Assembly (NCBI RefSeq): GCF_009834535.1 | Contig: NC_045697.1 | Location: 6,016,001-6,080,000, forward strand | Direction of reading: 5' to 3' | From: Camelus ferus | Taxonomy: Eukaryota | Length of the DNA: 64,000 nt | Shown: positions 38,876 through 52,203 of the stretch, in pieces | Layout of the letters: every line of letters begins with the position of its first letter | Numbering within the stretch: the stretch's first letter is position 1 | The notes under the pieces: generated by a model | The model's input: the letters and a program-made list of their open reading frames with translations, nothing else | Databases searched by the model: none | Told to the model about the DNA's origin: nothing | Made by a program: the position numbers and the translations under genes

Positions 38876-40782
38876 ACACTTCATCACCTCAGTTAGCATT
38901 TATCACCTTGCGCTACAGCAAAGCACCGAACCACCTGGAGACTTATTCTCGTGACCTGGAGGGGCCCCGGTACCAGCGGGCCAAGGGATTTTAGGGGGAG
39001 CACAGGGCGACGGCTCTTTGCAGTCACGTGTCAAAAATAGCCCTGAACTCAGCACCGCGCAGGCCTCAGCGCTCCTAAAAACAGGCTCCATCCAAGCATT
39101 TGTTTTCACCTGCTATTGGTGTTTAAGTGGAGGAGGAAGTCACGGGGTTTTTAATTTAGGTTTGGCTTCTTTGTATAACCGACAGCAGTGCGATCCTCAG
39201 TAGAATATGTGAGAGTCGGGCAGCAAAAGATATTGGGACTCATGTTTGTGGTTTCATGACATTTCATGATGGGCCAACCCCAGAGCCTTCACCTGGCCCG
39301 TGTGAGGGGCGTGGGGCTCCACCGTGCACAGGGGCTGACAGCGAGCCCTTAAACTCTCTTTGCTTTTGGCGTAGAGTGAGCTAGTGCCGTTCCTTGTGCA
39401 GTTTACTGGGTGGCGGAATTGGGGATGGTGCTGCTAGGGTTTAATGGAATCAACTCTAACAAATGTACACGCAGCTAATAAAGAATGCGGCAAGATACCA
39501 CAGATTAAAGACAAAACGAAAAGCCCCGGTACAAGGACGGAACAGCAAACTGCCGCCTGTATGCCAGGAACACGCCTGTCGTCAGCTCCAGGCTGGGACG
39601 GGAGGCGGCCTCGCAGAGGTTTTAAAAGTTAAGACATAAGCAATCTATCTCTTCAAGGTAAGGTGACCTATTAACAAGAGTGAGACAGTAGCAAGCTTTT
39701 GACAGAAATTGTTCCATGAAGAAAAGATGTTTGGAAATGTTTTTGTCACCACGTGAATTGGACACCAAAGTAATGTACACAGGTCACCGATTCAAACTCT
39801 CATGTCTGCACATAAAAAAAATTGCAAACGGTGCTAAAATAATTCCTATTTAAAAATATTCCAAAAGAAGAGTTTCAGTGGGTTTTGCTAAATTTTGTTT
39901 GTTGAAATGTAAGAAAGGCAACAGGCAACACCTTCTGATTAGTTTGCAAGAACAAGTGACTGATGACGGGAAGATGGAACTTTGCTAGCTGCTCATCCTC
40001 CTTCCCTGGGTGGTTCATCCCTGGTGGTGGGGTTGCACGATGAGTTCAGCCCGCCTTGCCGCCTTCTCCCATTTGGATCCACATCATTTGGTGAGGCTCC
40101 CTTTCAGCTGTCATCACCATCGAGGCCAATATTGAAATAATACTGTTAATGACTTGCTGAGGGTTCCTCTCGGCCGGCCACCATTCTACAGGCTGCATGT
40201 GCCTATGCTTACTTAACTCTCATGTCACCATCCTCTGAAGTGACACTGTTAGTGCCCATCTTGCAGATGAAAAGCAGGAAGAAACTTGCCCACAGTCAGG
40301 AGACCTGGGGTTCCCGAGAGCAGAGCCTGAGACTAGGATCGGGTGCGGGAGGCTGACACAAATGATGACTGCAGACAGCAGGTGGGAGCAGGCGGGGAGC
40401 GTGGGGCAGGGAAGGAGGAGGCCGTTCAAGGCTCATCTTGAGGAGGGAGGCTTCTGTGGACAAAGGGGGTCAATTCCACTGGACTTCTGAGCAGCCCATG
40501 GGAACATCTCCCAAAACTGTCCCACAGGGGTGGCTGCCCAGGGGATTAACTCCCTCAGGTCCACACAGCACTGCAGACAGGCTGAGCGGCATTCCAGCCA
40601 TGGAAGAGGCCTGAGTGTGCTGGAGGTGGGGGACTGTCACCTTACACCTGCACTCCCACGGGACTAAAGCCAGGGTGGGCCTTGGGAGGACGTGACCCAA
40701 GGATGCCACTCACTACTGTCACCAGCTGGTGTTGGAGTAGCTGGGATTAGAACCAAGCAGGGGCTCCTAAAACTTGTTGAAT

Positions 40783-41068
40783 ATTAATTGGCCATAAGTG
40801 TGTGGGTTTGTTTCTGGGCTCTCTATTCTGTTCTGTTGATCTATGTGCCTGTTTTTATGCCACTACCATGCCGTTTTGATTACTGCAGCTCTGTAGTATT
40901 GTCTGAAGTCTGGGAGGGTTATTCCTCCAGCTTCGTTCTTTGGCAATTCTGGGTCTTTTGTGATTCCATACAAATTTTAGGACTGTTTGTTCTAGTTCTG
41001 TGAAAAATGTTCTAGGTAATTTGATAGGGATCGCATTAAATCTGTAGATTGCTTTGGGTAGCGTGGCC
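40783..41068 (-). mobile_element. Short, relatively young L1 ORF2 fragment (cetartiodactyl type)
   Basis: Translates as [43 protein letters not shown], a clear L1 ORF2 peptide. Confidence 0.9.
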
Positions 41069-42224
41069 AAACCCAGGCATTAAACAGAAGATGGACGAAC
41101 CCTGGGAGTGTTGCAGGTCCTGTGGAGACTGGGAGAAGAGGAGGCACAGCACCTACGGGGCAGGGAGAGGAGAGCAGGGGCCAGGCACATGCTGCTGTAA
41201 CTGGCTGTCCGTGGAGAGAGAGGAAAGGGCTTTAAAAACTTGTAGTCTGTGAGCCCATTTCAAAAAGACACCTGCTGTGGAAGATGACTTTCCCAGAGGA
41301 ATCCGTTCTCTTGAATTTCCAAGCCATTTAAATAGTTTATCCGATCTACCCCGGGTCCTCCCCTCCTGGCTCAGACTCCCACCCTCGCCCTGCAGCTCAC
41401 ACCTCATTCATATTCCTGGCCATGTTCTAATCATTAACTCCAAAGGACTCGAAAAAGGAGTGAGAATTTGCAGGAAAGAAACCCCTCTGGGCAGCATGTT
41501 CAACTCTCGGGCTGGGAAGGGGAGTCATTCTGTAACCAGGTCTTGTTCCAGTTTAAGACTCGCCTTTATTCAAGGGGACTCAGGCCAGCAAGCAAGGGCG
41601 AGGAGGCTAACATTTATTGTGTGCCTAGTGTGTGCCAGACCCCGGGCTGGGCGTCTTACGGACTTCGCTGTGATTCCTAGTGTTGTTTCGTCCACTGAGC
41701 CCCAGGGAAATTAGGATGATTCCAGGTAGAAAGGGAGGGAGTCAATGTTCCAACCTGGTTCTATCTGATCTTTCTTTCCACGCACCTCAAAGGATGATGA
41801 AAAGAAATTGCGGGGCTGAGAAGCTAACGGAACCAAATTCAGTTCATTTCCATTAACCTGCAGCTTCTGAGAGCCTGCTATACGCCAGGAGCTGGGAAGG
41901 CCTACTGCATTAAGGAAAAAATAAGGCATGGATTCTGTTTGAAGGAGTTCTCTCAGGTTGGAGCCAGAACACAGCTCACAGCCACTCCAGGTGGACGGTG
42001 ATGGATGCGGAACCTGCAGGAGCCTCACAAAACCCCTGCAAGCTCGGTGGTCTCACTGCCGTTTAACAGATGCGGAAACCAAGGTTCAGCAGGATGAAGG
42101 GGTGTGCCCAAGTCACAGGAGAGCTGGCACTTCCACTCCTGCGCTGCCTCTGTCCCCAGGTATGACACAAGCCGGGCTCAGAGGATGCCGCTGATGGGAG
42201 GTGGTCACAGACAGCAGGCCTCCT

Positions 42225-43912
42225 TGTATCGTACAAGCTTGTTCATCTTGCATAATTGAAACTTTATATCCACTGGTGGCAACTTTCCATTTCCCCCTTC
42301 CCCCACCTCAGTCCCTAGCAGTCACTGTTCCACAGTTTGATTCTATGAATTTGACTATTCCAGATACCTCATGCAGTACTTGCCTTCTGTGACTGGTTTA
42401 TTTCACTTTGTGTAATGTCCTTCAGGTCCATCCATGCTGTCTCATGCTGCAAGATTTGCCTTTTTTTTGGTCAGGCTGAGTAATATTCCACTGTATGTAT
42501 ACACCATGTTTTCTTGATCCATTCATCCAATGATGAACATTTCGGTTGTTTCCACATCTTGGCTGTTGTAAATAACGCTGCAATGCTCATAGGAAGAGGA
42601 ATGCTAATATCGCTTAGAAATCGGGGTTTCAATTTTTGGATAAAATCCCAGAACTGGGCTTGCTGGGTTGTGTGTGGTTCTATTTTTCATTTTCTGAGGA
42701 GTCTCCAAACTGTCTTCTCTAGCAAACATACCATTTTGCATACCAACCGTGTGCATGGTGTAAGTTTTCCAATTTCTCCACATCCTTGCCAACACTGTCT
42801 TTTGTGTTTTGGTAACAGCCATTTGACAGGTATAAGACGACATCTCATTGTGGTTTTGATTTGTATTTCCCCGATGATTTGTGTGTCTTCTTTGGAGAAA
42901 TGTCTATGAATTCAATGTCTTTGCCTGTTTTAAAAATTAGGTTATTAATTTCCTTTGTTTTTTGCTGTGGAGATGTACAAGTTTCCTATATATTTTTCAG
43001 ATTAGCCCCTTACCAGGTAGATGGTTTGCTAATCTTTTCTCTCATTCTTTAGGCTGCTTTTGCACTCTCTTGATAATTTCCTTCGCTGTGCAGAAGCTTT
43101 TTACTTTGATATAGTTCCACTTGTCTATTTTTGCATTTGTTTTCTGTGCTTTTGGTGTCAAATTCAAAAAAGCCATTACCAAGACCAATGTGATGAGATT
43201 CTCCCCGTTTTCTTCTGGGAGTTTGATATTTGCAGGCCTTACATTTAAGTGTTTCATTAGTTTTGTGCTGACTTTTGTGTATGGTGTACATTAAGGGTCC
43301 AACTTCATTCTTCTGCATACAGATACCCAGTTTTCCCAACACTACTTGTTGAAGCTACTATAGCCCACAGCTAACATTCATACTCGATGGTGAAAAACCA
43401 AAGTTTTTCCTCCAAGGTTAGAAATAAGGCAAGAATACTATTCTTGCCACTTCTATTCAGAAGCCCTAGCCAGAGCAATTAAGTGAAAAAAAGAAATAAA
43501 ATTATCCAAGTCAGAAAGGAAGTAGCAAAATTGTCCTTCTTCACAGACAACATGATCTTGTGTATAGGAAGTCCTAAAGACTTCACCAAAAACTGTTAGA
43601 ACTAAAAAATGGATTCAGTAAAGTTGCAGGATACAAAATCAACATACACATATCAGCTGTGTTTCAGTATGCTAACAATGAATTATTTAAAAAGGAAATT
43701 AGGAAAATAATCCCATTTGCAAACATCAAAAAGAATAAAATACTTAGGAATAAACGAAGAAGGTGAAAGTCTTTTGCACTGAAAAAACATTTATGAAAGA
43801 CACAAATAAATGGAAAGATATCCCATGTTCATGGATTAGAAGAGTTAATATTGTTAAAATGTCCATACAACCCAAAGTGATCTACAGATTCAATGAAATC
43901 TCTATCAAATTC
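42225..43912 (-). mobile_element. 5'-inverted LINE-1: 42225-43355 on minus, 43356-43912 on plus
   Basis: The minus part has the 3' UTR and the ORF2 end (KIDKWNYIKVKSFCTAKE). The plus part is an upstream ORF2 segment ([37 protein letters not shown]). Confidence 0.88.
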
Positions 43913-44689
43913 TCTGACTGCCTGGTCTTCCCTTCCACTCTGAGTGACTGCAAGGAGGCCAGAAATGGGATGACTCCACTTTGACCTGGGAAATCTTTAC
44001 CCTGAGGGAGACCCCTTGGATACAGAGGTAGAAACTTACAAAACAAAGACATCAGAAGGTCCCAAGTAATTATCTGAAACATCTCACTGGAAAAACAGCT
44101 GATCTGCATTATATGCTCCCTCACTCCTGTCTCCTAGCGTTCTTTGTGCCCTCAGGGCAAGTCAGTCTCTCTCTGATTGCCATGAAAACCCCCAAGCAGG
44201 AAGCACAGAGCTTTGAGAAGCAGTGTGCTCCAGAGACCAGAGCACCAACTCTGGTGTAAGATGCCTGTACTCTGGTTTTGTTCACTCTTTCAACAGCTAT
44301 TTAGTGAGCACCTATTACATGCCGGGTCCTGCTCTGGGTGCTGGAGTTTCTGCAACGAACAAAACAGGAAAATTCCCTGTCCTCAGGGAGCTTCCATTTG
44401 AGTGGAGGAAAGATATGAAACAAATTAACATAGAACTGTGTAAGTCTTGGTGCTTGAAAAGTGCTAAGAAGAAAGCTGGTGAGCACCAGTGAAGAGGTGC
44501 TGTTTGAACTACTGTGATTGGGAAGATGTTTTTGAGAAGACACCACAGCAGCAGAGACCTCAGTGATGTGAGGGAGGTGGGGGCTGGGCAAACGTCTGGG
44601 GGAGGAGGCTTTCAGGTGGAGGAGCAGGTGCAAAGGCCCCAGGGTGGGCCTCACCCAAGCAGTTGAAGGGCCTAAGAGAAAGTGACTGA

Positions 44690-44915
44690 GGTCCCCCAGG
44701 AAGAGGGAGCTCGGCCAGCAGACGGCCTGCAAACTCGAGCTGCAGCATCAGCTCTTCCCTGGGTCTCCAGCTGCCCTGCAGATTGTAGACTTGCCAGCCC
44801 CCACTGTTACAGGAGCCAATTCCTGAAACTACATCTCTCCCTCAATCTCTCTCTCTCCCTCTACACCCCCCCCCCCACATTGATTCTCTTTCTCTGGAGA
44901 GCCCTGACTCATACA
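44690..44915 (+). mobile_element. MLT2 (ERVL) LTR 3' fragment
   Basis: 'cagctcttccctgggtctccagctgccctgcagattgtagacttgccagcccc...gagccaattcctgaaa...tctctggagagccctgactcataca'. Confidence 0.75.
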
Positions 44916-47717
44916 GGGGCCGTCGTGACCCAGCCGGGGCCTCAGGGAAGGCATCCGTCCTCCTTGCTCCTTCACCGAGTGCCCTGTTCTACAGGCGCAT
45001 GGCCTCTCTGAGTGTGGCAGCCAGGGGGACGTGCCCACAGACCCCCACACACAGGGCTGGACCTGACCAAGGGCCGCAGCCACTGTGCTCTGCCACCCAT
45101 CAGCCTGGGTGTCCAGGCCGGGCTTTGGGGGCTGTTCCCAGCAAGTGACAGCACGGCCAGGAAATGAAGCAGGCTTGTTCCCGGGACGCGCAGCTCCTCT
45201 GGGGCTGACGCTGGCTGGAGGGTGCGTTAGGGCCTTGCTGAACCTTCCTCATACTGCATGGCACCTAAAGCCCCTCTACCCAACTCCCGTCCCTCGCTTC
45301 TCCACTGGGGGTTGGCCTGGCCCCGCGGCCTGTGGTCTCTCCATCTCCCCTGGTCCCTCTGCATTCACTCACAGGCCCTCACTTACCCCAATAAATCCCT
45401 GCCCACTAGTCCCCCTGGTGTCCACTTCTTAGAGGACCCAACTGCACAGTCAGTGGCCCAGACACCGAAGTCCAACCCCAGCAGAGATGCACTGAGGAGG
45501 AGTCGGCTGGGCTAGAAGGAAGCACACGCATTTCCAACAAGGCAGCATCTCCTGGGCCCCTCGACAGCCCTTTGAGACAGGTCCAGTATTACTGGGTGAC
45601 ATGGAAGGTCTTCCCAAGGCTCAGGATCTTTCTGCATGACCCTGGGTCTTGGCTGGGCCTGGGGTGCTTGGGGCCTCTATGGGCAGTTATTTCCTTCCCC
45701 TCCTTGGCAATGACCTGCTTGATGAACGATGAGTGTCTGGATTGACTGATGATTGTCATGACCACAGCCGACTTTGTACAGCATTTTTGCACATTGCAGT
45801 CTTCTCACATCCATAATCTTCTCTGATCCTTCCAGTCCCTGGAGCTAGGCATCTGTGTTACTCCCATTTTACAGGTGAGAAAACTGAGCCTCATCTGAGA
45901 CGCTGAGCAACTCACCAGGGCTCCCAGGGCTCCCAGCGCTGCAGTGTTGGGAAGCGGAGGCTAGAACCCACCCACCCCGAGCCCACACGCAGGGGGCTTC
46001 CAGAGAGCCCGGGCGCCTCAACATCGTAGCAGTGACGCCCCCAGAATAGAGAAGGAAAGAAAGTGTGTACACTTAACGGCTGACACCAGAATGTCTCTCA
46101 AGGAAAGAACTGTCTTGGCTGAGAAAAATATTTTGATAAGTGTCTGGAGTAAGAGGTTTGCCAGTCAGCTGGTTCCAGCTTCAGGAGGGAGGGAAGCTGC
46201 TCCACATACGAGAAGGAGAAGAAAGTGGAGCTCAGGGGCCCTGAGGAGGCAGAGCGGAGGCCTGGAGATGAGGGGGGAAGGCAGAGGCTGGGGAGAGGCC
46301 GGAAGCCGGGCACCTTGGGTAGCGCCGGGCTTTTAAGGGGTGGCTCTGAGCTGTGTTTTCCTGCCCGCTGTGGACTCTTGCATGTTCTGCAGGAAGAGAC
46401 CTGTTTCCCTGGGCTCTGCAGCCTGTCCCACCAGCAGGCTCTCTAGCCAGGGAACAAGGAGCCCTGGGAGACAGCTATTCCTGGGGGCAAAGTGGGGAGA
46501 TGCTCAGAGCTCACTCATCATGGCTACATCGTAAGAGGGAAAGCAGGGCCAGGTCTCCCGAGAGCAGGTGGCCGTGGAGGCAGAGGTAAGACTTAGGAGG
46601 GACAGAGTGCCGTGTCCCTCTGCCAGGTTCAGGAGATGGTACGGTCTTTCTAGTTGACCAGTGTGAGCACAGGGCACGAAACTGTCCCTTCCTCTCTCCA
46701 GCCATCCCCAGGTGGACACGGTTGGCCAGGAGCCTCCAGGCAAGAGCAGGGCCTGAGAGGGGATGACCGCCCCCAGGGCTTCCTTCCAGGGTACCTGGCT
46801 TGGCTTTTGTGGATGCATTTAGCAGGGAGGAGGCTTCAGGAGCACCGAGTCACCTCCGGCATCCTCCCCTATCTAGAGCCCACACTAGCACAAAGCACAG
46901 CTCTCGCACAAGTCTCCACCCAGGCCTGCCTCCTTCCCCTCCTGCCCTGTTTATTTCTATTATTTCCACACTTCTGTGATCACATGGATTTATTTAATGT
47001 TCTATTTTCTCCCCACTGAGCATTACTACTAAGCATGCCTTCAAAAAGCTACCATCATCTTTTAATTGTTTGTTACATAAGTGAAGCAAGTTGGCTTGGG
47101 GGTAGAATTTTTGGTTTTGAATACCGAAATGCAAGTAATTACTTAACTGTTCTTTGATGCAACAGACGCATATCTGGAGTTCAACCCTGGCTCAAATATA
47201 GAAAAATCACAATATTGCAGTGGACATTTTCTGAGCCTTAAACCTAGCAACCAATGGGGCAATGATCTCTTGCTAATATATTTGTCTGTATGTACGTAAT
47301 GTGTCATAATTATAACCACACACTCAAGGCAGCGCCCTGCCCTGTAATGAACTCAGGACTGGAGTGTGGTTGGCTGACTTTAAACCTTATTTCTGTCTCC
47401 ACTAGCCTCTCTGATTTTCTGTCTGAGGGCTCTGAGGTTCTGGAGATTTATGATATCGGAGATTATGAAAGCAAAGCACCTGTTGTGGAGAAGGCATTTG
47501 ACACGTTATAGCAATAAAATGGTGTATTGGCAAGAGAAAGCTTTGAAGGCTTTCATGCACAGAGGCATTTCACTCCATTATTTATTATAAATAAAAATTA
47601 GAAGCAATCGGAATGTCCAACAATTTTGAGACTTCAAGTAAATAAAACAAACTATATTTCAAATGAAGGTGAAGTCCGAGTTCAACCATGACTCATTTTC
47701 CTTCCTTGACATGAGGC

Positions 47718-47962
47718 ATGAGCTTCCTGTGCTGCTCTAATAAATCACCACGAACAAATCACCAGAGGGGCTAAAACAGTGCAGACTCACTTGGCAGTTC
47801 TGGAGGTCGGAGGTCCAAAGTGGGCCTCGCTGGGCTGACATCCAGATGTCGGCAGGGCTCTGCCCCTCCTGGAGGCTCTAAAGGGACATCCATTCCCTGG
47901 CCTTTTCCAGCTTCTAGACGCTGCCTGCGTTTCCTCGGCTCCTGGCCCCTTCCGCCGTCTTC
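47718..47962 (-). mobile_element. MaLR MLT1 LTR fragment
   Basis: 'cagttctggaggtcggaggtccaaagtgggcctc...ccttttccagcttctaga'. Confidence 0.7.
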
Positions 47963-48339
47963 AGAAGTTTCCCTTTTGCTTATGCTGTTTGAGTCTCTGT
48001 CTCTTACAACCCAAAGGGCCCTGACAGATGTGGCTTCTCTGCCCCTGATGTGTGAGGCGTTCCCTTATCACATTCCCTGTGCTAATACTTCACTTCCACT
48101 CAATTAAACAAACCACCGCTTCTCACAGTGGAGATTTGGGCTCTTTCCCCTTTTAGAGATGCTGGGGGCTTCTCCACTGGCAGGAGGGCACAAATAGATC
48201 AGACCCAGGGCTGGGACTTCATCCCTGGCCACTCTGAAGTGGGGGTGGGGAGGGGTGGGAGAGCGGGAAGGGGCGTGTGGTGTGGACTGACTGCGCTGAC
48301 GGCCCTCATTGCGGCCTCCCCTGCGTCTTTGCCCTTCGC

Positions 48340-48735
48340 TCTGTAACTGCGTAGCCCCTCCCGCTCCGATCTGGGGCTTGACCCTGTGACTTACTCTAGC
48401 CTGCAGTATTTTAGCTGTTTTGAAACTTGAAGAACTGCTTTTCAGTTCCCCTCTCTGGGACCTCTGTGCTCACCAGGAGAACATGCCCGAGCTAGCCTGC
48501 TGGGGGATGAGGCACATGGAGCAGAGCTGACCACCCTGGATCAGCCGGCTGACCCCCAGGCATGTGAGAGAGCTTCTGCTGAGACCAGAAGAGCTGCAAG
48601 GGCGAGCCCTATCCAGGTTAAGAGAACTTACAGCTGACCCCTAGACTTGGGAACAATAAATGTCCCTGTCTTAAGCCAGTGAGTTCTGAGATAGTTTGTT
48701 ATGCAGCATTATTATAGCAACAGCTAGCTGCTACA
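48340..48735 (+). mobile_element. Old MaLR MLT1 LTR
   Basis: 3' end 'aataaatgtccctgtcttaagccagtgagttctgagatagtttgttatgcagcattattatagcaacagctagctgctaca'. Confidence 0.7.
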
Positions 48736-50861
48736 GGGCATGTCCACCAAATTACCAACAGACTAGGCAAGGTGTTTCTCCCACCATGCCAAACCAAGTG
48801 CTAGAGAATAAAGTGTTTTATTTATGCTCAAAGGTTCCAGAGCGAGACTGTCAGAGTTCAAATCCCAGTGCTGCCATTTGCTAACTTTGTGTCCTTGGTC
48901 AAATTATCCCATCGTCATTTTTTGGGGTCTGAAAATGGAAATAATAATGCGATCTACTTTCCATGGTTGTTGTGAAGGATTAACAATCTCATACACGTGA
49001 AGTTCTTAGGATGAAATAAATAGTTCTCAATGCAGATGAGCTATTGATGAGGAGTGTGTCCATCTGCCTTAACCAGATGCCCCCCTCAGCTCCTGGAGGG
49101 CTGGAAGGCCAGTGTTTGCTCCCCTCTCCCCATCACTGGGCAGACCACCCAGCACAGTAAATAGCCATTGTTTGCCGGATGCCTGAAGTGACATGAGCAC
49201 TTTCATTAGGACAGACGCAGATTCCAATATTCTATTCCAATCTAAGGCCAACATTGTTCTTTTTATAAAGTGCACATGCAATATTTATCATTTTTTTCCC
49301 ACAACTGGCCTTCTCTCTCACTCACTGCTGTGCTGTGAAATAAATCTTTTAAATCTTCTTTGCTGTCTGGTATTTGCATGCTCTGCCCATTCCAACTGTA
49401 CTTAATTGGAACGTTTCCCAAGAGTTCCTCCCGAGTGGAGCCAGATGGGTGGACGGGCATCGCACGCCAGGAGAGATGGAGCTGGAGGAAAAGCTGTCTT
49501 CCAACAGCCCGTAAGCCAGGTGCTTTTGGGAATCAGATCCTCTCAGCTCTTTCTCAGCCGCTTTGTTTTAACTCCAGAACCTCCACCTTCTGATAATCAA
49601 CCTGAAGCCTGAGTTTTGGATGGTTTGCCTCCCCATGGGCCCCAGGGGAAACCCCCCTCAAACATTACCCACTGGTGTCCCTCTACGTGTGAGGGTGGTG
49701 GGAGGAAAATCACCCTCAGGTTCCAGTCCTTCTTTCGTCACTTGTGGCTGTGAGATGGGGAAGGGGTCATTAACCAGGGTCCCCTGCGGGCTTCTGAGAG
49801 AGCAGGTTCACATTCCACCCCACCACCAAGCTCCACACGTGTTGTGTATGTGGGCCCTCTACTGAAGAAAGCTCTGCCATCTCCATCAATTTGTAAAGGC
49901 CTGTAGAAACCAAAAACCACATAACCACAGCCCTGGGGAAGGCACTTCACCCCTCTAAGCCTCCGTTTCTTCATCCAGAAAATAAAGGCAACGATACTGT
50001 TCTCTGACTTCACATTCTAGACATGCTGTAAACGAGAAAATAGATCCCAACCACGAACTGCCAGACAAACACAGGCGGCTACTAACATTTCATCATGACT
50101 TTGGTTAATTCAGAAAATACCGAGGTTGTTTGGATTTTAAAAGATGTTGCACAAATTATATTAAGGACTTCATATAATTCTCAGTTTTTTTCTTGGATGT
50201 TGACATTAGTGAAATTTAGATTAGAGGACAGGATATGGATAACAGGGAAATGGACAGAGTCTTCAGTAATAATGACAGCAGATAGTACTATGAACCGCAT
50301 ATATATATAATCATCTAATTTAATCCTTACAACAAGCCCATGGGGGACGTTTATATCATTTCCTTTTTATAGACGAGGGTTCTGAGAATCAGAGAGGTGA
50401 AAAGAATTGGCCAAGGACAGACTGCAGAGCAGGGATGTGAAGGAAGCACTACTATTCTGAGTCCTCATGCTTAACCACGGTGCTGCTGACCGTATCTTGT
50501 TTTATAAAACTAAAAGGATGGGAATTCTGTTGTTCATTCTACATTTCTATCTCCAGGCAAAATGACTTTGCCTTTTCTGGGCTCTATAGAAATGCCTCTG
50601 ATTCTTAGAGCTGTGCTTTGAACTGGCCCAGCACCTCCCCATTCAGGGAATTTAAGGAAAACTACACAAGGCGACTGCCAAGCCCCACGTGGGCCTCCTG
50701 TTCCCCTCCTGTAAAACGGGTACTTTTCTGCTTCCCTGCAGGGCTGATGGGAACATTCGGGTGGGTGTTGGTACAGTGGCCCTGTGCTGGTGTGATGTGA
50801 GTGCTTATTCTGTGCCTGTGTATCCCCTTTCCTTGCTGTTAATGTTAAGATGGGAGAGCTG

Positions 50862-52019
50862 GTTAGTGAGGAAGACAAGAGTGGAAAGAGGGCCCAAAAA
50901 GACCTAAACCGCTAAGAAGTCTGGGTTTGCAGCATCTCTGCGGTTGGGACCACCCGAGAGGGGGCGATGGACAGACATGAAGTGAGTGGACCTGGATCTT
51001 CTCCTGCTCTGTCCTAGCTTTTCCAGACTCCCTGTCACTAACTGTCACTTGCCATCTGGTTCTACAGGAATGAAGTCACTAGCCACTGTTGCCTCTGACC
51101 TTTAACACACCCTGAGAGGAGCTTAGGGCAGAGGTCAGGAATGAGGCCCTCTGCTCCGGGAAAACTGGCAGAGCAGTGCTTCAGGTAGCTAGAGACTTCC
51201 AGGAGGAGATTTTATGAGCCCAATGTCTTGCATCATATCTAGAAAAGCACTAGAAGCATTAATGGAGACATCTGCTCCCTGTGACTAGCAGCAAATGAGA
51301 CAGGAGGGAAGGGGGCAGGCACAACTGTTAAAAGAATGACATGGCCATTGAGGATGGGACAAATACTGGTTAGAACCAGGTAGGCCCAAGATTTAACTTT
51401 CCATAGACCTGGAGCCTTATTATACACTCACTGCAATACATTAGCTGCTAAGTAGCCCTCCCACAGTTCCGAGGCTGACCATAAAACGCCAAGAAGTAGG
51501 AGGTGGCCCAGTTCCTGGAGATCCCCACCCCTTCTCCAAAATAGTTGGAATAGTCCTCCCACTCATTAGCATATGAAATTACCTGGCCCATAAAAACTAA
51601 CCACCGCCACACCGGGGGCTACTCTCCCCTTCTGAGATGGACTGCATTCTGCCACGGAACATGTACCTCTCTAAATAAACTCCCTTTGACTCTACTCTGG
51701 CTCACTCTTTGCTGCACAAAGCCAAGGACCCTCACTTGGCAGCCTGTCCCAGGGACTCACTCACCTGAGTTCTCCCTACTTCTGCAACACAACCTTCTTG
51801 TGACCAGCAGTAACCTTCTGCCAAAGTGTGTGCTTGACTGCACGTATCCCCCTTCACCAAAATCACATATATATTGACCACCTCACCCTCCTCTTTGGAG
51901 CAGTTCCTCAGCGTTATCTGAGAGGTTGTCTCCCGGGCGATAGTGCTAATTTGGCCCTAAATAAAACTTAACTCACAGCTCTCACGTTGTGCTTTTTTTT
52001 TTTTTTTTTTCAGTTGATG
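50862..52019 (+). mobile_element. ERV1-type LTR (family A) interrupted by a family B LTR; 5' end approximate
   Basis: Homologous to 24085-24582 on both sides of the 51296-51789 insert; AATAAA near 51960. Confidence 0.78.
51296..51789 (+). mobile_element. ERV1-type solo LTR (family B), nested in the family A LTR
   Basis: TGAGACAGG...CTGCAACA; 4-bp TSD caaa/caac; AATAAA near 51674. Confidence 0.85.
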
Positions 52020-52203
52020 CTGATCTTTGTCCCCTCCCAGGGCCACCCGCAGCAGGCTGCTGGGAAGATGAAATGGATCAGGGTGTCCTAGGGAACCCAG
52101 CACAGCACCTGCAGAGAGGGGTGGCCCTGGTCCCAGCACACCTTGCAGTGCTGACCCCCATGAAGAGGCTGGGGCCGCATGGGCCAGGCTAAGGGCCCCC
52201 TAC

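Noticed and set aside
39600..39970. AT-rich stretch reminiscent of a decayed hAT/Charlie transposase
   Set aside because: Too degenerate to assign without a profile search.
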